Assembly (NCBI GenBank): GCA_963829545.1
Contig: CAWHIX010000007.1
Coordinates: 101,807-165,806 of the forward strand
Origin: an uncultured Actinomycetes bacterium
Lineage (GTDB): Bacteria > Actinomycetota > Thermoleophilia > RBG-16-64-13
DNA length: 64,000 nt
Direction of reading: 5' to 3'
Of this stretch, positions 24,474 through 36,735 are shown one piece after another; position 1 is the first letter of the stretch, and each line of letters starts with the position of its first letter. The position numbers and the translations under genes are program-made. Below the pieces are notes generated by a model. The model searched no databases and was not told where the DNA came from. It worked only from the letters and a program-made list of their open reading frames with translations.

Positions 24474-26209
24474 CTAGCGGTAGAAGCGGATCTCCGCGAT
24501 GTCCACTCCCCACTGGCCTTCACCCAACTCGGTCAACTCGGTCAGCCAGATGCGGCCGTCGGTGAGCGGTTCGCGCAGGGTGACGATCTGCGAAGTGTTG
24601 CCGTCGAGTGTGGCGAGCCGCGCCGCCGGACCGGACGAAACCTTCTGCAGCAACTCTCCCTTCCAGCCTTCCACCGGGGAGATTATCTCCATCATGTACG
24701 CGTCGCCTTCCAGCGTGAATTCGAGGCCTACCCCTGTCTTGTCGATGCTCCCGAAGGCGGCCGAGCGGTAGTACTCCGTGGTCCAGCCTGAGGTGGTCTC
24801 TCCGTCGGTGAGCTTGGGCAGCAGGTCGGGATTCTCCTCGTTGTCCCCCTCGGGATCGTAGTCGAGATCTGGACGACTCCCACCAACTCGGGCTCTCTGG
24901 CCACAGTCAGGCGCAGGATGTCGTCCTCACTGCTTTGGTCGGGCGCGGGATCCTGTTCCAGCACCGTGCCGGCCTCCTCGTCGAAGGTGGCCACCTGGCT
25001 GCCCACCTCCACCTCCATGCCGGCCTCTTCGGCCAACACTTGGGCCTCGTCCAGGGTCAAGCCCACCACGGCCGGCGCTCCGCCGCCCGTGAAGGCCAGC
25101 AGGAGCAACACGAGAACTACGAGGACGAGGATCGCGGCGGCGACACCCACTATCCAGCGCTGTCTCGTGCGCTTCTTGCGCGCCAGGATACGGGCCTGGC
25201 CCCTGTCGGGATACATCTCGCCGGAGTCATCCGAGAGTCGCGAGCCCGAGTCGTACGAGGCGCCTGCCGGAGAGTGACCGGAGCGCCGGGTTTCCTCGCC
25301 GCCACGCTTGAGCAGGCGGCGATGGCCGGCCGGGGCCTCGGGTACGCCCTGAGTTGTGTGAAGTCCGAGCCCCACGAGCGCACCCAGAAGTTCGTCCATG
25401 GAAGCGAAGCGGTCCTCAGGATCCTTCTCCAGACAGCGCATGACGATCTTCTCGAGACTGGAGGGCAGATCGGACCGTATCTCGGACAGGGGAAGGGGCG
25501 GGGTATTGAGATGTTGGCGCGCTATCTCAGGCATGCTCGTGCCGTCGAACGGCGGGTGACCGGCCAGCATCTCGTAGAGCACAATACCTAGAGAGTAGAT
25601 GTCCGAGCGGGCGTCGACCGGCTTGCTGCGGACCTGCTCAGGCGACATGTAGCGGGCGCTGCCGATTATGGAGCCCGCGCGCGTGACCCTGGTCCAGTCG
25701 GCGCCGGTGGCGATGCCGAAGTCGGTGATCTTGGCGTGACCCTGCCGGTCGATGAGGATGTTCTGGGGTTTGACATCGCGGTGGATTATGCCTGCCAGAT
25801 GCGCCGCCGCCAGTCCCTCGGCCACCTGCCCCGCAATATGGCCCGCTTCGGCCGCCGGCAGCGGGCCGCTGCGAGTCATCTCCTTGAGAGAGCGTCCTTC
25901 CACATACTCGAAGACCAGGTAGTCCTCGCTCTCCGTGGAACCACGATCGATGAGGGTGACCACGTTGGGATGGGAAAGTTGGGCGAGGGCCCGGCCTTCG
26001 CGGTCGAAACGCGCCCTGGTGCGGGGGTCCTCGTTGAGCGGTGGCTCCAGCCGCTTTATGGCTACGTTGCGCTCCAGCCGCGTATCCCAGGCCTGGTAGA
26101 CGATGCACATGCCCCCACGGCCCAGGATCCTTCCCAGCCGGTAGCGGTTCTTCAGGAGCGGGGCCTCGCCGCCTTGGTCATCCTGGTTCTGGTCGGTGGT
26201 GTCAACCAT
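24474..26209 (-). CDS. Hanks-type Ser/Thr kinase with TM, PASTA and C-terminal extracellular beta domain; frameshift near 24870
   Basis: GRGGMCIVY, VAIK, HRDVKPQN, DFG, SPEQ; the other frame after ~24870 gives DYDPEGDNEENPD...W.TEYY and joins ORF 24474..24695. Confidence 0.88.
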
Positions 26210-26298
26210 TCGCCTACCTGCGGATCATGCTGACGCTTTGATATGAGCCGGCCACACACTATGATAATACCTATGGACGCTTTGGAGGTGGCGACGAG

Positions 26299-26514
26299 TT
26301 GATCTACTACGTTATTCCCCGCGAGCTTGCCGACAAGTACTACGAAGAGTTCAAGAAGCGCTTCGAGGGTGTCGAAGGAGTGGAGGTCATCGTCGATCGC
26401 CGCGAGAGCGAGCGCCGCGATGGCTCCCCACCCGATGATCCCGCGGTCGCCGAGCAGCGCATGCTCCGCGACCGGCGGCGCCGCCGGGTGAGCGGCTCGT
26501 TCCCGGACGTGTGA
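26299..26514 (+). CDS. Small hypothetical protein with DRR..ERR motifs
   Basis: GGAGGT RBS, TTG start, stop overlapping next gene (GTGA). Confidence 0.6.
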   Translation: MIYYVIPRELADKYYEEFKKRFEGVEGVEVIVDRRESERRDGSPPDDPAVAEQRMLRDRRRRRVSGSFPDV

Positions 26515-27218
26515 ACATGCCCCCTTCCGGCTTCAGGCTGGATCTCCACAACCACACCTCTTTCTCCTCGGATGGGGTGCTGTCTCCAGCTGCTCTCCTC
26601 TCGGCCGCCCGTGCCCGGAGTATCGACTGCATCGCGGTCACCGATCACAACTCGGTCAAAGGGGGAGTGGAGGCCGCCCGCTTGGCGCGCGCCGACGCCG
26701 GCCTACCCCGAGTCATTCCCGGTATGGAGCTGATGACGGAAGTGGGGGAGGTGATCGGGCTCTACGTGGAGGAGGACATTCCCGCTGGCCTGTCCCTCGT
26801 CGAATCTGTGGCCCGCATCAAGGCGCAGGGTGGGCTGGTCTATCTCCCCCATCCTTTCGATCGCCTGCGCAGAGGCGCCATCTCTCCCAGGGAGCGCCTG
26901 CATGCCGCCGAACTGGCCGACATCGTCGAGGTCGTCAACGGGCGCTCGCTCGGGCCCGGAGTGGCCGCGAAAGCCGCTGCCCTCGCGCGTGAGACGGCGA
27001 AGCCGGCCGGGGCGGGCAGTGACGCGCACAGGGCTCCTGAAGTGGGCATAGCCTACGTGGTCGTCGCCGCGCTTCCCACCCCGGAGACCCTGGTCGAACT
27101 GATCTCCGCCGGACGTCTGGAGCACGGCCTCCGCCGCCGTGAGTACGTACTCAACTGGGGTTTCCAGGGCCTATCACCGGTCACGCGTCTTCGCCGCAGG
27201 CTCCCCTCCCCGTTCTAA
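26511..27218 (+). CDS. PHP-domain phosphoesterase
   Basis: DLHNHT..S.DG, AVTDHN, GMEL, HPF, GSDAH. Confidence 0.88.
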   Translation: MNMPPSGFRLDLHNHTSFSSDGVLSPAALLSAARARSIDCIAVTDHNSVKGGVEAARLARADAGLPRVIPGMELMTEVGEVIGLYVEEDIPAGLSLVESVARIKAQGGLVYLPHPFDRLRRGAISPRERLHAAELADIVEVVNGRSLGPGVAAKAAALARETAKPAGAGSDAHRAPEVGIAYVVVAALPTPETLVELISAGRLEHGLRRREYVLNWGFQGLSPVTRLRRRLPSPF

Positions 27219-27231
27219 GGAGGTCGATGGT

Positions 27232-28293
27232 TTGAGCGGTGCCGGCTCAGTCGAGCCCGTGAGGGCGGTGCTGTGGGAGGAATGGCGCAGGCCCGGCCAA
27301 GTCCACTGCTTTCTGTGCGCGCAACATTGCCGTATCGACCCGGGTGGCTTCGGCCTCTGTGGCGTGAGGCAGAACCGGGAGGGTGTTCTCTACACGCTGG
27401 TCTACGGCTGCCCCATCTCCAGCGCGGTCGATCCCATCGAGAAGAAGCCCCTCTTCCATTTTCTGCCCGGCACTCTGAGCTACTCCATCGCCACGGTGGG
27501 TTGCAACCTGAGTTGCCGCTTCTGCCAGAACGCCGAGATAAGCCAGATGCCCCGCGACGAGGGTCGCATCGTGGGGCGACCCACCACGCCCGAGCAGGTG
27601 GTCTCCGCGGCTCTGCAGGCCGGGTGCCGCAGCATCTCCTACACCTACACCGAGCCGACCATCTTCTACGAATACGCCCGCGATATCGCCCGGCTGGCCA
27701 CCGCCCAGGGTCTCAAGAACGTCTTCGTGACCAACGGCTACATGACCAAGGAGATGCTGGCCGACATCGACGGCGACCTACACGCGGCAAACGTGGACCT
27801 CAAGGCGTTCAGCGACGACTTCTATCGGCGGATGGCCGCTGCCCGCCTCAAGCCGGTCCTCGACTCCATCCGCAGGCTGCACCAGATGGGGGTCTGGCTG
27901 GAAGTGACCACCTTGCTCATCCCGGGTTACAACGACGGCCAGGACGAGCTGCGTGCACTGGCCGCGTTCCTGGTCTCGGTCTCGCCCGACATCCCCTGGC
28001 ACGTGTCGCGCTTCCACCCCACCTATCACTTGCTGGAGGTGCCGCCTACGCCGCGCTCCTCCATCGAAGACGCGCTGCGCATCGGCCGCGAGGAGGGCCT
28101 GCACTACGTCTACGGGGGCAACATCCCCGGTCACTCGTCGGAGTCCACGCACTGCCCGACCTGCGGTGAGATGGTGCTGGGCAGGAGCGGCTTCACGGTC
28201 TGCGAAGATAGGACCAGGGCGGGACGGTGTTCGGCCTGCGGGAGTCCGATATCCGGCGTGCTGGTGGACGAACCTGATACGGAAGAGAGGTAG
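27232..28293 (+). CDS. amrS: AmmeMemoRadiSam system radical SAM enzyme
   Basis: N-terminal CFLCAQHC..CGVR, DPIEKKPLFHF, CNLSCRFCQN, SYTYTEPT, C-terminal CPTC..CSAC; TTG start after AAGGAGGT. Confidence 0.92.
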   Translation: MSGAGSVEPVRAVLWEEWRRPGQVHCFLCAQHCRIDPGGFGLCGVRQNREGVLYTLVYGCPISSAVDPIEKKPLFHFLPGTLSYSIATVGCNLSCRFCQNAEISQMPRDEGRIVGRPTTPEQVVSAALQAGCRSISYTYTEPTIFYEYARDIARLATAQGLKNVFVTNGYMTKEMLADIDGDLHAANVDLKAFSDDFYRRMAAARLKPVLDSIRRLHQMGVWLEVTTLLIPGYNDGQDELRALAAFLVSVSPDIPWHVSRFHPTYHLLEVPPTPRSSIEDALRIGREEGLHYVYGGNIPGHSSESTHCPTCGEMVLGRSGFTVCEDRTRAGRCSACGSPISGVLVDEPDTEER

Positions 28294-28297
28294 AAGG

Positions 28298-29209
28298 ATG
28301 ACTCTTGTCGGCTGTTTCGCGATGCCCCATCCCCCCATCGTCATCCCCGAGGTCGGAGGGGCCGAGGTGGCGCACGTGGACGCGACCCTGCAGTCAATGC
28401 GGGCGCTGGGCGAGAAGGCGGCTCTTCTCGACCCCGAGACCATCGTCCTCCTCTCCCCGCACAGTCCCCTGGCCCGCTACCAGATGGGCGTATCGCAGGC
28501 CGCGACCTTCCGAGGCTCGCTGGCCTACTTCCGCGCGCCCCAGGTTCGGCTTCAGGCGGCCGGCGACCAGCAGTTGGCCCAGGCCCTGATGGAGGAGACG
28601 GCTGCACACGGCATCCCCGTGACCGCGACGGCCTCACCGGGCGAGATCGTCGACCTCGACCATGGGGTCATGGTCCCGCTGCATTTCCTGGCGGCCGGGC
28701 TCAAGAGGCCCTTCAAGCTGGTGTCGCTGTCGTTCTCGTATCTGGACCTTGAGGAGCATGTGCGTTTCGGGGACGCGATCGGCCGGGCGCTGACGACGAG
28801 TCCGACGAGGACGCTGTATGTGGCCAGCAGCGACCTCAGCCATCGTCTGCTGCGCGGCGCGCCCAATGGGTTCGACCCCCGGGGGGCCGAGTTCGACCGG
28901 GCCGTGGCCGAAACCTTCGCGGCGGGAGACTGGGAGGCCCTCCTGACCATTGACCCGGGCATCGTGGAGGCTGCCGGAGAGTGCGGCTATCGCTCGCTGG
29001 CCGTCCTCTCGGGAATCGTGCAGGCCGTCGAGCGGACAGGCATCCGGACCAGGAACCGCCTCCTCTCCTACGAAGGCCCCTTCGGCGTCGGTTATCTGGT
29101 CGGCGAGGTGGAGATGGCCCCGGCGGGCCAGGCGCAGGCTCCGGCTGGCGACGGGTCGGCGGCCGACCCGCTGCCCGCGGCCGGCCGAGGGACGGAGGTG
29201 TCCCCGTGA
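28298..29209 (+). CDS. amrB: AmmeMemoRadiSam system protein B (Memo/LigB-like)
   Basis: MPHPPIVIPEVG, SPH, LDHG.MVPL, ASSDLSHRL, GECG.RS, YEGPFGVGY. Confidence 0.85.
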   Translation: MTLVGCFAMPHPPIVIPEVGGAEVAHVDATLQSMRALGEKAALLDPETIVLLSPHSPLARYQMGVSQAATFRGSLAYFRAPQVRLQAAGDQQLAQALMEETAAHGIPVTATASPGEIVDLDHGVMVPLHFLAAGLKRPFKLVSLSFSYLDLEEHVRFGDAIGRALTTSPTRTLYVASSDLSHRLLRGAPNGFDPRGAEFDRAVAETFAAGDWEALLTIDPGIVEAAGECGYRSLAVLSGIVQAVERTGIRTRNRLLSYEGPFGVGYLVGEVEMAPAGQAQAPAGDGSAADPLPAAGRGTEVSP

Positions 29210-29742
29210 GCGCCGGCAGGTTGCCATCGTCCGATCCTCTGGTCTCCCTGGCCGTTCGGGCCATCGAGGCCTACGTCGCCGACCGGACGGTCATCGAGTC
29301 CGACGAGATTCCCGGCCTGGAGCCGAGACGGGCGGGTGTGTTCGTCTCGCTACACCTCGATGACGGCTCCCTGCGGGGGTGCATAGGCACGTTGCAGCCC
29401 ACCCGCCCCAGCATCGAAGAGGAGATCGTCGGCAACGCCATCAGCGCTGCCACCCGCGACCCCCGGTTCATGCCCCTGTCGGCTGCCGAACTCCCTCGCC
29501 TCGACGTCTCGGTGGATGTTCTCGGTCCTCCTGAGGAGGTTCCCAGCAGTGAGCATCTCGATCCCAAGGAGTACGGTCTTATCGTCCAGACGGCGGACGG
29601 CCGGCAGGCTCTTCTCCTGCCCGACCTGGAGGGCGTAGACACGGCCGAGGAGCAGTTGTGCATCACCTGCCGCAAGGGCGGCATCGACCCCCAGCGCGAC
29701 CGCTACAGGCTTTTTCGCTTCCAGGTAGAAAGACACCATTAA
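29206..29742 (+). CDS. amrA: AmmeMemoRadiSam system protein A (AMMECR1)
   Basis: GVFVSL....LRGCIGT, A..DPRF, SVDVL, LLLPDLEG; GGAGGTG RBS and GTGA overlap. Confidence 0.9.
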   Translation: MSAGRLPSSDPLVSLAVRAIEAYVADRTVIESDEIPGLEPRRAGVFVSLHLDDGSLRGCIGTLQPTRPSIEEEIVGNAISAATRDPRFMPLSAAELPRLDVSVDVLGPPEEVPSSEHLDPKEYGLIVQTADGRQALLLPDLEGVDTAEEQLCITCRKGGIDPQRDRYRLFRFQVERHH

Positions 29743-29759
29743 GGGCGGCGGTCTGCGCT

Positions 29760-29787
29760 TTGCAGAGATACCGTCCTGGGTTATTAT
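29760..29787 (+). promoter_or_regulatory. Candidate sigma70 promoter TTGCAG-N16-TATTAT
   Basis: Near-consensus boxes in an AT-rich intergenic stretch. Confidence 0.45.
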
Positions 29788-30038
29788 GTATGGCACTAGC
29801 AAGCACCATCAGTAGGGGATTAGCCGTGTCGAGCAACGCATCAGGAGCAGTTGTCTTGGGTTCCAGACCGCGCAAGGCAAGATACCGGCGCCACCCACCC
29901 ACCCGTTTCGTCTGGAGCGGCCTGCTGCGTATTCTGCAGAGGATGACGCACCTCAGGCCGAGCAACCTGCTGGAGTACAGGTTGAGCTACAGCGTACGCG
30001 ACGTGGTGACCGACAAGAGCCGGGTGGTCAAGGACCAG

Positions 30039-30251
30039 ATGGAGGCCCTCGCGACGGCCGTCCAGAAGGCGGGTTCCTACCAGGCTCGCGACGAGGCTAC
30101 GCGCGCGTTCCACGCCGTCATGGAAGCACTCAACGATCGCGTGCCCCCGGACGTCCTCATGAAGCTCAGCGAGTCGCTGCCCGTGCGTGAAGCTGCTCGG
30201 TTGCGCCGCGCGGCTGCGCAGCGCGTCCACAAGGGCGAAGACCAGGCCTAG
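30039..30251 (+). CDS. Small helical protein, DUF2267-like; start uncertain (29943 also possible)
   Basis: DEATRAFHAVMEALNDRVP....KLSESLP resembles DUF2267 from memory. Confidence 0.45.
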   Translation: MEALATAVQKAGSYQARDEATRAFHAVMEALNDRVPPDVLMKLSESLPVREAARLRRAAAQRVHKGEDQA

Positions 30252-30325
30252 CGCAAGAGGGGGCGTCTGCTCCGGCCGGCGGAGCCCGGTCGCAGGACCG
30301 GCGTGGGACCGACGGCGCCGGACGT

Positions 30326-31773
30326 CTAGCCTTTCACGACCCCCAGGGGACGGAGGCGGGCCACCTTGGGGGATATCCCTGCTCGGTGCATCACGCCCAC
30401 GACCCTTTCCACGTCCTTGTAGGCCTCCGGCATCTCCTCGGCCAGCGTCTTGCGGACCCTGCGAGCGTACGATGATGCCTTCGGCGGCCAGTTCCCGGTC
30501 GATCGCCCGCCCGCGGGCCCTCTTCAGTGCCTGGCTGCGGCTCATCACCCGGCCGGCGCCGTGGCAGGTGGAGCCGAAGGTCTGCCTCCATGGCCTCGTC
30601 GGTGCCCCGGCAGACGAACGAGGCCGTGCCCATGTCGCCGGGGATGAGGACGGGCTGGCCGACCTCGCGGTAGTCCGCCGGCACCTCCGCGCTGGCCGGG
30701 TCCGAACGCCCGGGTGGCGCCCTTGCGGTGCACGCAGGTCTCGACCGCGACCCCGTCGACCTCGTGGGTCTCCAGCTTGGCGATGTTGTGGGCCACGTCG
30801 TAGACCAGGCGCAGGTTCAGCTCTCGCGGGGAGATGCGCAGAGGCGTGCAAGATGGCCTTCTCGACCAGGTGCATGATCATCTGGCGGTTGGCCCAGGCG
30901 TAGTTGGCGGCGCAGGCCATGGCCGCCAGATAGCGCCGGCCCTCCGGCGAGACGAGCGGAGCGCAGGCCAGCTGCCGGTCGGGCAGGTCGATGCTCGTAG
31001 CGCCTGGCGGCCTCCTGCCATGACGGCCAGGTAGTCGTCGCAGACCTGGTAGCCGAAGCCGCGCGATCCGCAGTGGACCATCAGGGTGACCTGCCCCTCG
31101 AACAGCCCGAAGGCGGCGGCGGCCTCCCGGTCGAAGACGGCGTCGACGGTCTGCATTCCAGGAAGTGGTTGCCGGAGCCCAGGGTGCCCACCTGGTCCTG
31201 GCCGCGCGTGTAGGCGCGCTCGCTGATGGCGTCCGGGTCGGCGCCGGCCAGGGCGCCGCCGTCTTCGGTGTGGTCCAGGTCGGCGCTTGGAGCCGTAGCC
31301 CTGTTCCACCGCCCAGGCGGCGCCGCTGCACCAGCAGCTTCTCCAGATCGCGGCGGGACAGCGGGCGATGGCTCCCTTCGAACCCACCCCCGACGGCACA
31401 TCCCGGAAGAGCTGATCCACCAGCGGCCGCATCCTTGCCCTTGATGTCGCTCGCCTCCAGATCGGTGGCCAGCAGGCGGCACCCACAGTTGATGTCGTAG
31501 CCCACGCCGCCCGGGGAGACGACGCCGTCGTCCACTCTGAAGGCGGCCACCCCGCCGATGGGGAAGCCGTAACCGAAATGGATATCGGGCATGGCCAGCG
31601 AGCAGCGGATGATGCCGGGCAGATGGGCCACGTTGCTCACCTGGGCGAGACTCTGGTCCCCTTCCAGGGCTTGGATCAGCTTGTCGTCGGCGTAGATCCT
31701 TCCTGGCACCCGCATCCCACCGGAAGCGGGCAATTCCCACAGGCACCTCGCTGAGGCGCCGAAGGCCCTCCAT
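30326..31773 (-). CDS. rtcB: RtcB RNA ligase (multiple frameshifts)
   Basis: [57 protein letters not shown] spread across frames. Confidence 0.88.
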
Positions 31774-31785
31774 CCCGCCTCCTCT

Positions 31786-32291
31786 TCACACGTCGAAGAG
31801 GACGGTCGCGCGCCAGCCGCCCTCCGGGGTTCGCGAGGCCGTGAGCTGGTGGTATGTGACCGCCTTCACCTCGGCCAGGAGCGCGTGTCGCGACCTGTCG
31901 GCGCTCTCGCCCCACAGCCGGGCGGTCGCTCTCAGATCCTGCGCAGCGGCCACTCCAGCTCCGGCGTGGTCTCCGCCTCCGCCGGTTCCTCCGTAGCTCG
32001 TCGGCCGGTGACCCGGTCCCGCGCGCTCGCCTGATGTTCACGGCGGCGCCGGCCGCCAGAAAGCCGTCGGTCTCGAAACGGAAGAGGGCCTCGGAGAGGA
32101 GGGCGCGCAGGGCGCTCTCCCCGAATCGCCTGCGGCATCGAGCACCACCTCTCTCCGTGGCGCTTACCGTCTCCAGGTCGACAAGTTGCCGTAGAGGGCG
32201 AAGAGAGCGTTCTCAAAGAGCTGAGGCAGGTCCAGGGCCCTGACCTCCAGCCAGACGTCGGCCGGGTGATCCAGCTCCGCATAGGCGCCGC

Positions 32292-32295
<4 letters not shown>
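31786..32295 (-). CDS. Archease (frameshifted)
   Basis: [14 protein letters not shown] at N-terminus; [10 protein letters not shown]...ATVLFDV at C-terminus; directly upstream of rtcB. Confidence 0.82.
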
Positions 32296-34873
<2,578 letters not shown>

Positions 34874-34877
<4 letters not shown>

Positions 34878-35410
34878 CGCTGCCGCCCCCCTTCTTTGTC
34901 GGGCTGCCCGTCTTCATCGGGGGGTGAGCACTCGTCGGTCATGTTGATGGCGATGCGCTTGCGTCCCGAGCGCCGCCTGAGAGGAAGCACGATCTCCAGA
35001 AACCCGTTGGTGTATTCCGCTGAGGCGCCGCCGACATCCACCTCCGGCGGCAGCGAGACTAGCCTCTCGAAGCGGCCGTAGCTTATTTCCATCTGCTGGT
35101 AGACGGCGTCGGGATGCTTCGTGTCGGCCCGCATGCCACTTACGCGCAGCACCCCCTCGTCGACCTCCAGGTCGATCTGGGCCGGGTCGATGCCGGCCAG
35201 TTCCAGTCTGACGACCACCACTCCGCGGCGACCGTCGAAGTACACATCGGCGTTGGGTCTGAAGCTGAGGCGCCGCCGTAACGGCGTACTCGTTCGCCGC
35301 CCATAAGTTCGAGGAACATCCTGTCCACGTCGCTCTGACGCGGCGAAGTCGGGCGGATCGTTCTTGCGTCTTGGTTCCACCGGGTGACCTCGTCTGGGAG
35401 TAGTTGTCAT
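34874..35410 (-). CDS. Hsp20/alpha-crystallin small heat-shock protein (N-terminal frame probably disrupted)
   Basis: [39 protein letters not shown]. Confidence 0.85.
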
Positions 35411-35513
35411 GGCGGCAGAAAGGCTCTTATTAAGTGTATTGCCTCAATGTCGTCCCGCCAAACCGCGAGCCCCCGCGTTTGCCCTAACAGGGAACGGGGG
35501 GAAGGGGAGAGGC

Positions 35514-36693
35514 ATGAGGTTCTCTTACACGGATATTCCGCGTCTTCGGCATCGACGTCCGCGTGCATCTCAGCTTCCTCTTCATCGTGGCCTACTTCGC
35601 GTATGTCTGGGGCGTGCAGGTGGAGCCGGGCGGGGTCTGGGGAGCGCTCTACGGAGTGCTGCTGGTGGTGCTGCTCTTCGCCCTGGTGGTGATACACGAG
35701 TTGACCCATTCGCGGGTCGCTCAGCACTACGGCATCGCCGTCAGAGGCATCACCCTGCTGCCCATCGGCGGCATGGCGACCATGGACGAGATGCCCGAGG
35801 AACCCCGCAAGGAGCTGGCCATCTCCATCGCCGGTCCGTTGTCGAACCTGGTCATCGCTCTTCTCATGTTCGCAGCCCTTCCGTTCGTGGTCGACTGGAG
35901 CACCCTCAGCCTGGAACGCGTCTCCGAACTCATCCTCGAGCGCAGCTTCGCGGGCGCCTATGTCTACATCTTCTTCACCAACGTGCTCTTGGCCGTGTTC
36001 AACCTGCTGCCCGCCTTCCCCCTGGACGGAGGGCGCGTCTTCCGCGCCATTCTGGCCATGCGCATGGATCGTGCCCGGGCCACGCGCGTGGCGGTGATAG
36101 TCGGCCAGATCCTGGCCGTCCTGCTGGCTCTCTACGGCTTCCTGGGAGGCGGTCTCATCCTCATCCTGGTGGCCATCTTCATCTTCTTCGGCGCCCAGGG
36201 TGAAGGCGGCGTGGTGGAGGTGCACCGGGTGCTGGGCGATCTGCGGGTGAAGCACGTCGTCAACACGGGGGTGCACACGGTGCGGCGCGATCAGACCCTG
36301 GGCGAACTGGCCGCCCGCCTGTTCCACACCTACCAGGAGGACTTTCCCGTGCTCACAGGCCGCGGAGAGGTGGAGGGTATCGTCACGCGCGACCGGCTCA
36401 TCGCCGAACTGGGCCGCAACGGCCCCGACTACCCGGCAGGGAGCATCATGCGCACCGACTTCCCGGTCATAGGCTTGGAGGACACGGTCAACGAGGCCCT
36501 CGACCGTATGCGCATGGGCGGCTTCAAAGCCATCCCCATAGTGGAAGACCGCCGCTTGGCCGGCATGCTGTCGGTGGAGGACATCGGCGAGGTGTACTCA
36601 CTGCTGTCCGCGGGCGGCCACGCCCTCGCTGCTCGGGTGAGGGAGGCTCCACCGGCCTCTCGGCGGGCGAGGCCACGCAGCCCCGGCGAGTGA
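35514..36693 (+). CDS. M50 site-2 protease with tandem CBS domains; frameshift near 35535
   Basis: HELTH, AGPLSN, FNLLPAFPLDGGRV, C-terminal CBS pair. Confidence 0.9.
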
Positions 36694-36735
36694 CGGCGGC
36701 CTAGGTCCCTAAGCTCGGCCGGTGACCGCTGCCGC

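Noticed and set aside
28298-29742. amrB/amrA split as a frameshifted fusion gene
   Set aside because: A GGAGGTG SD and GTGA overlap precede amrA, consistent with two genuine genes.
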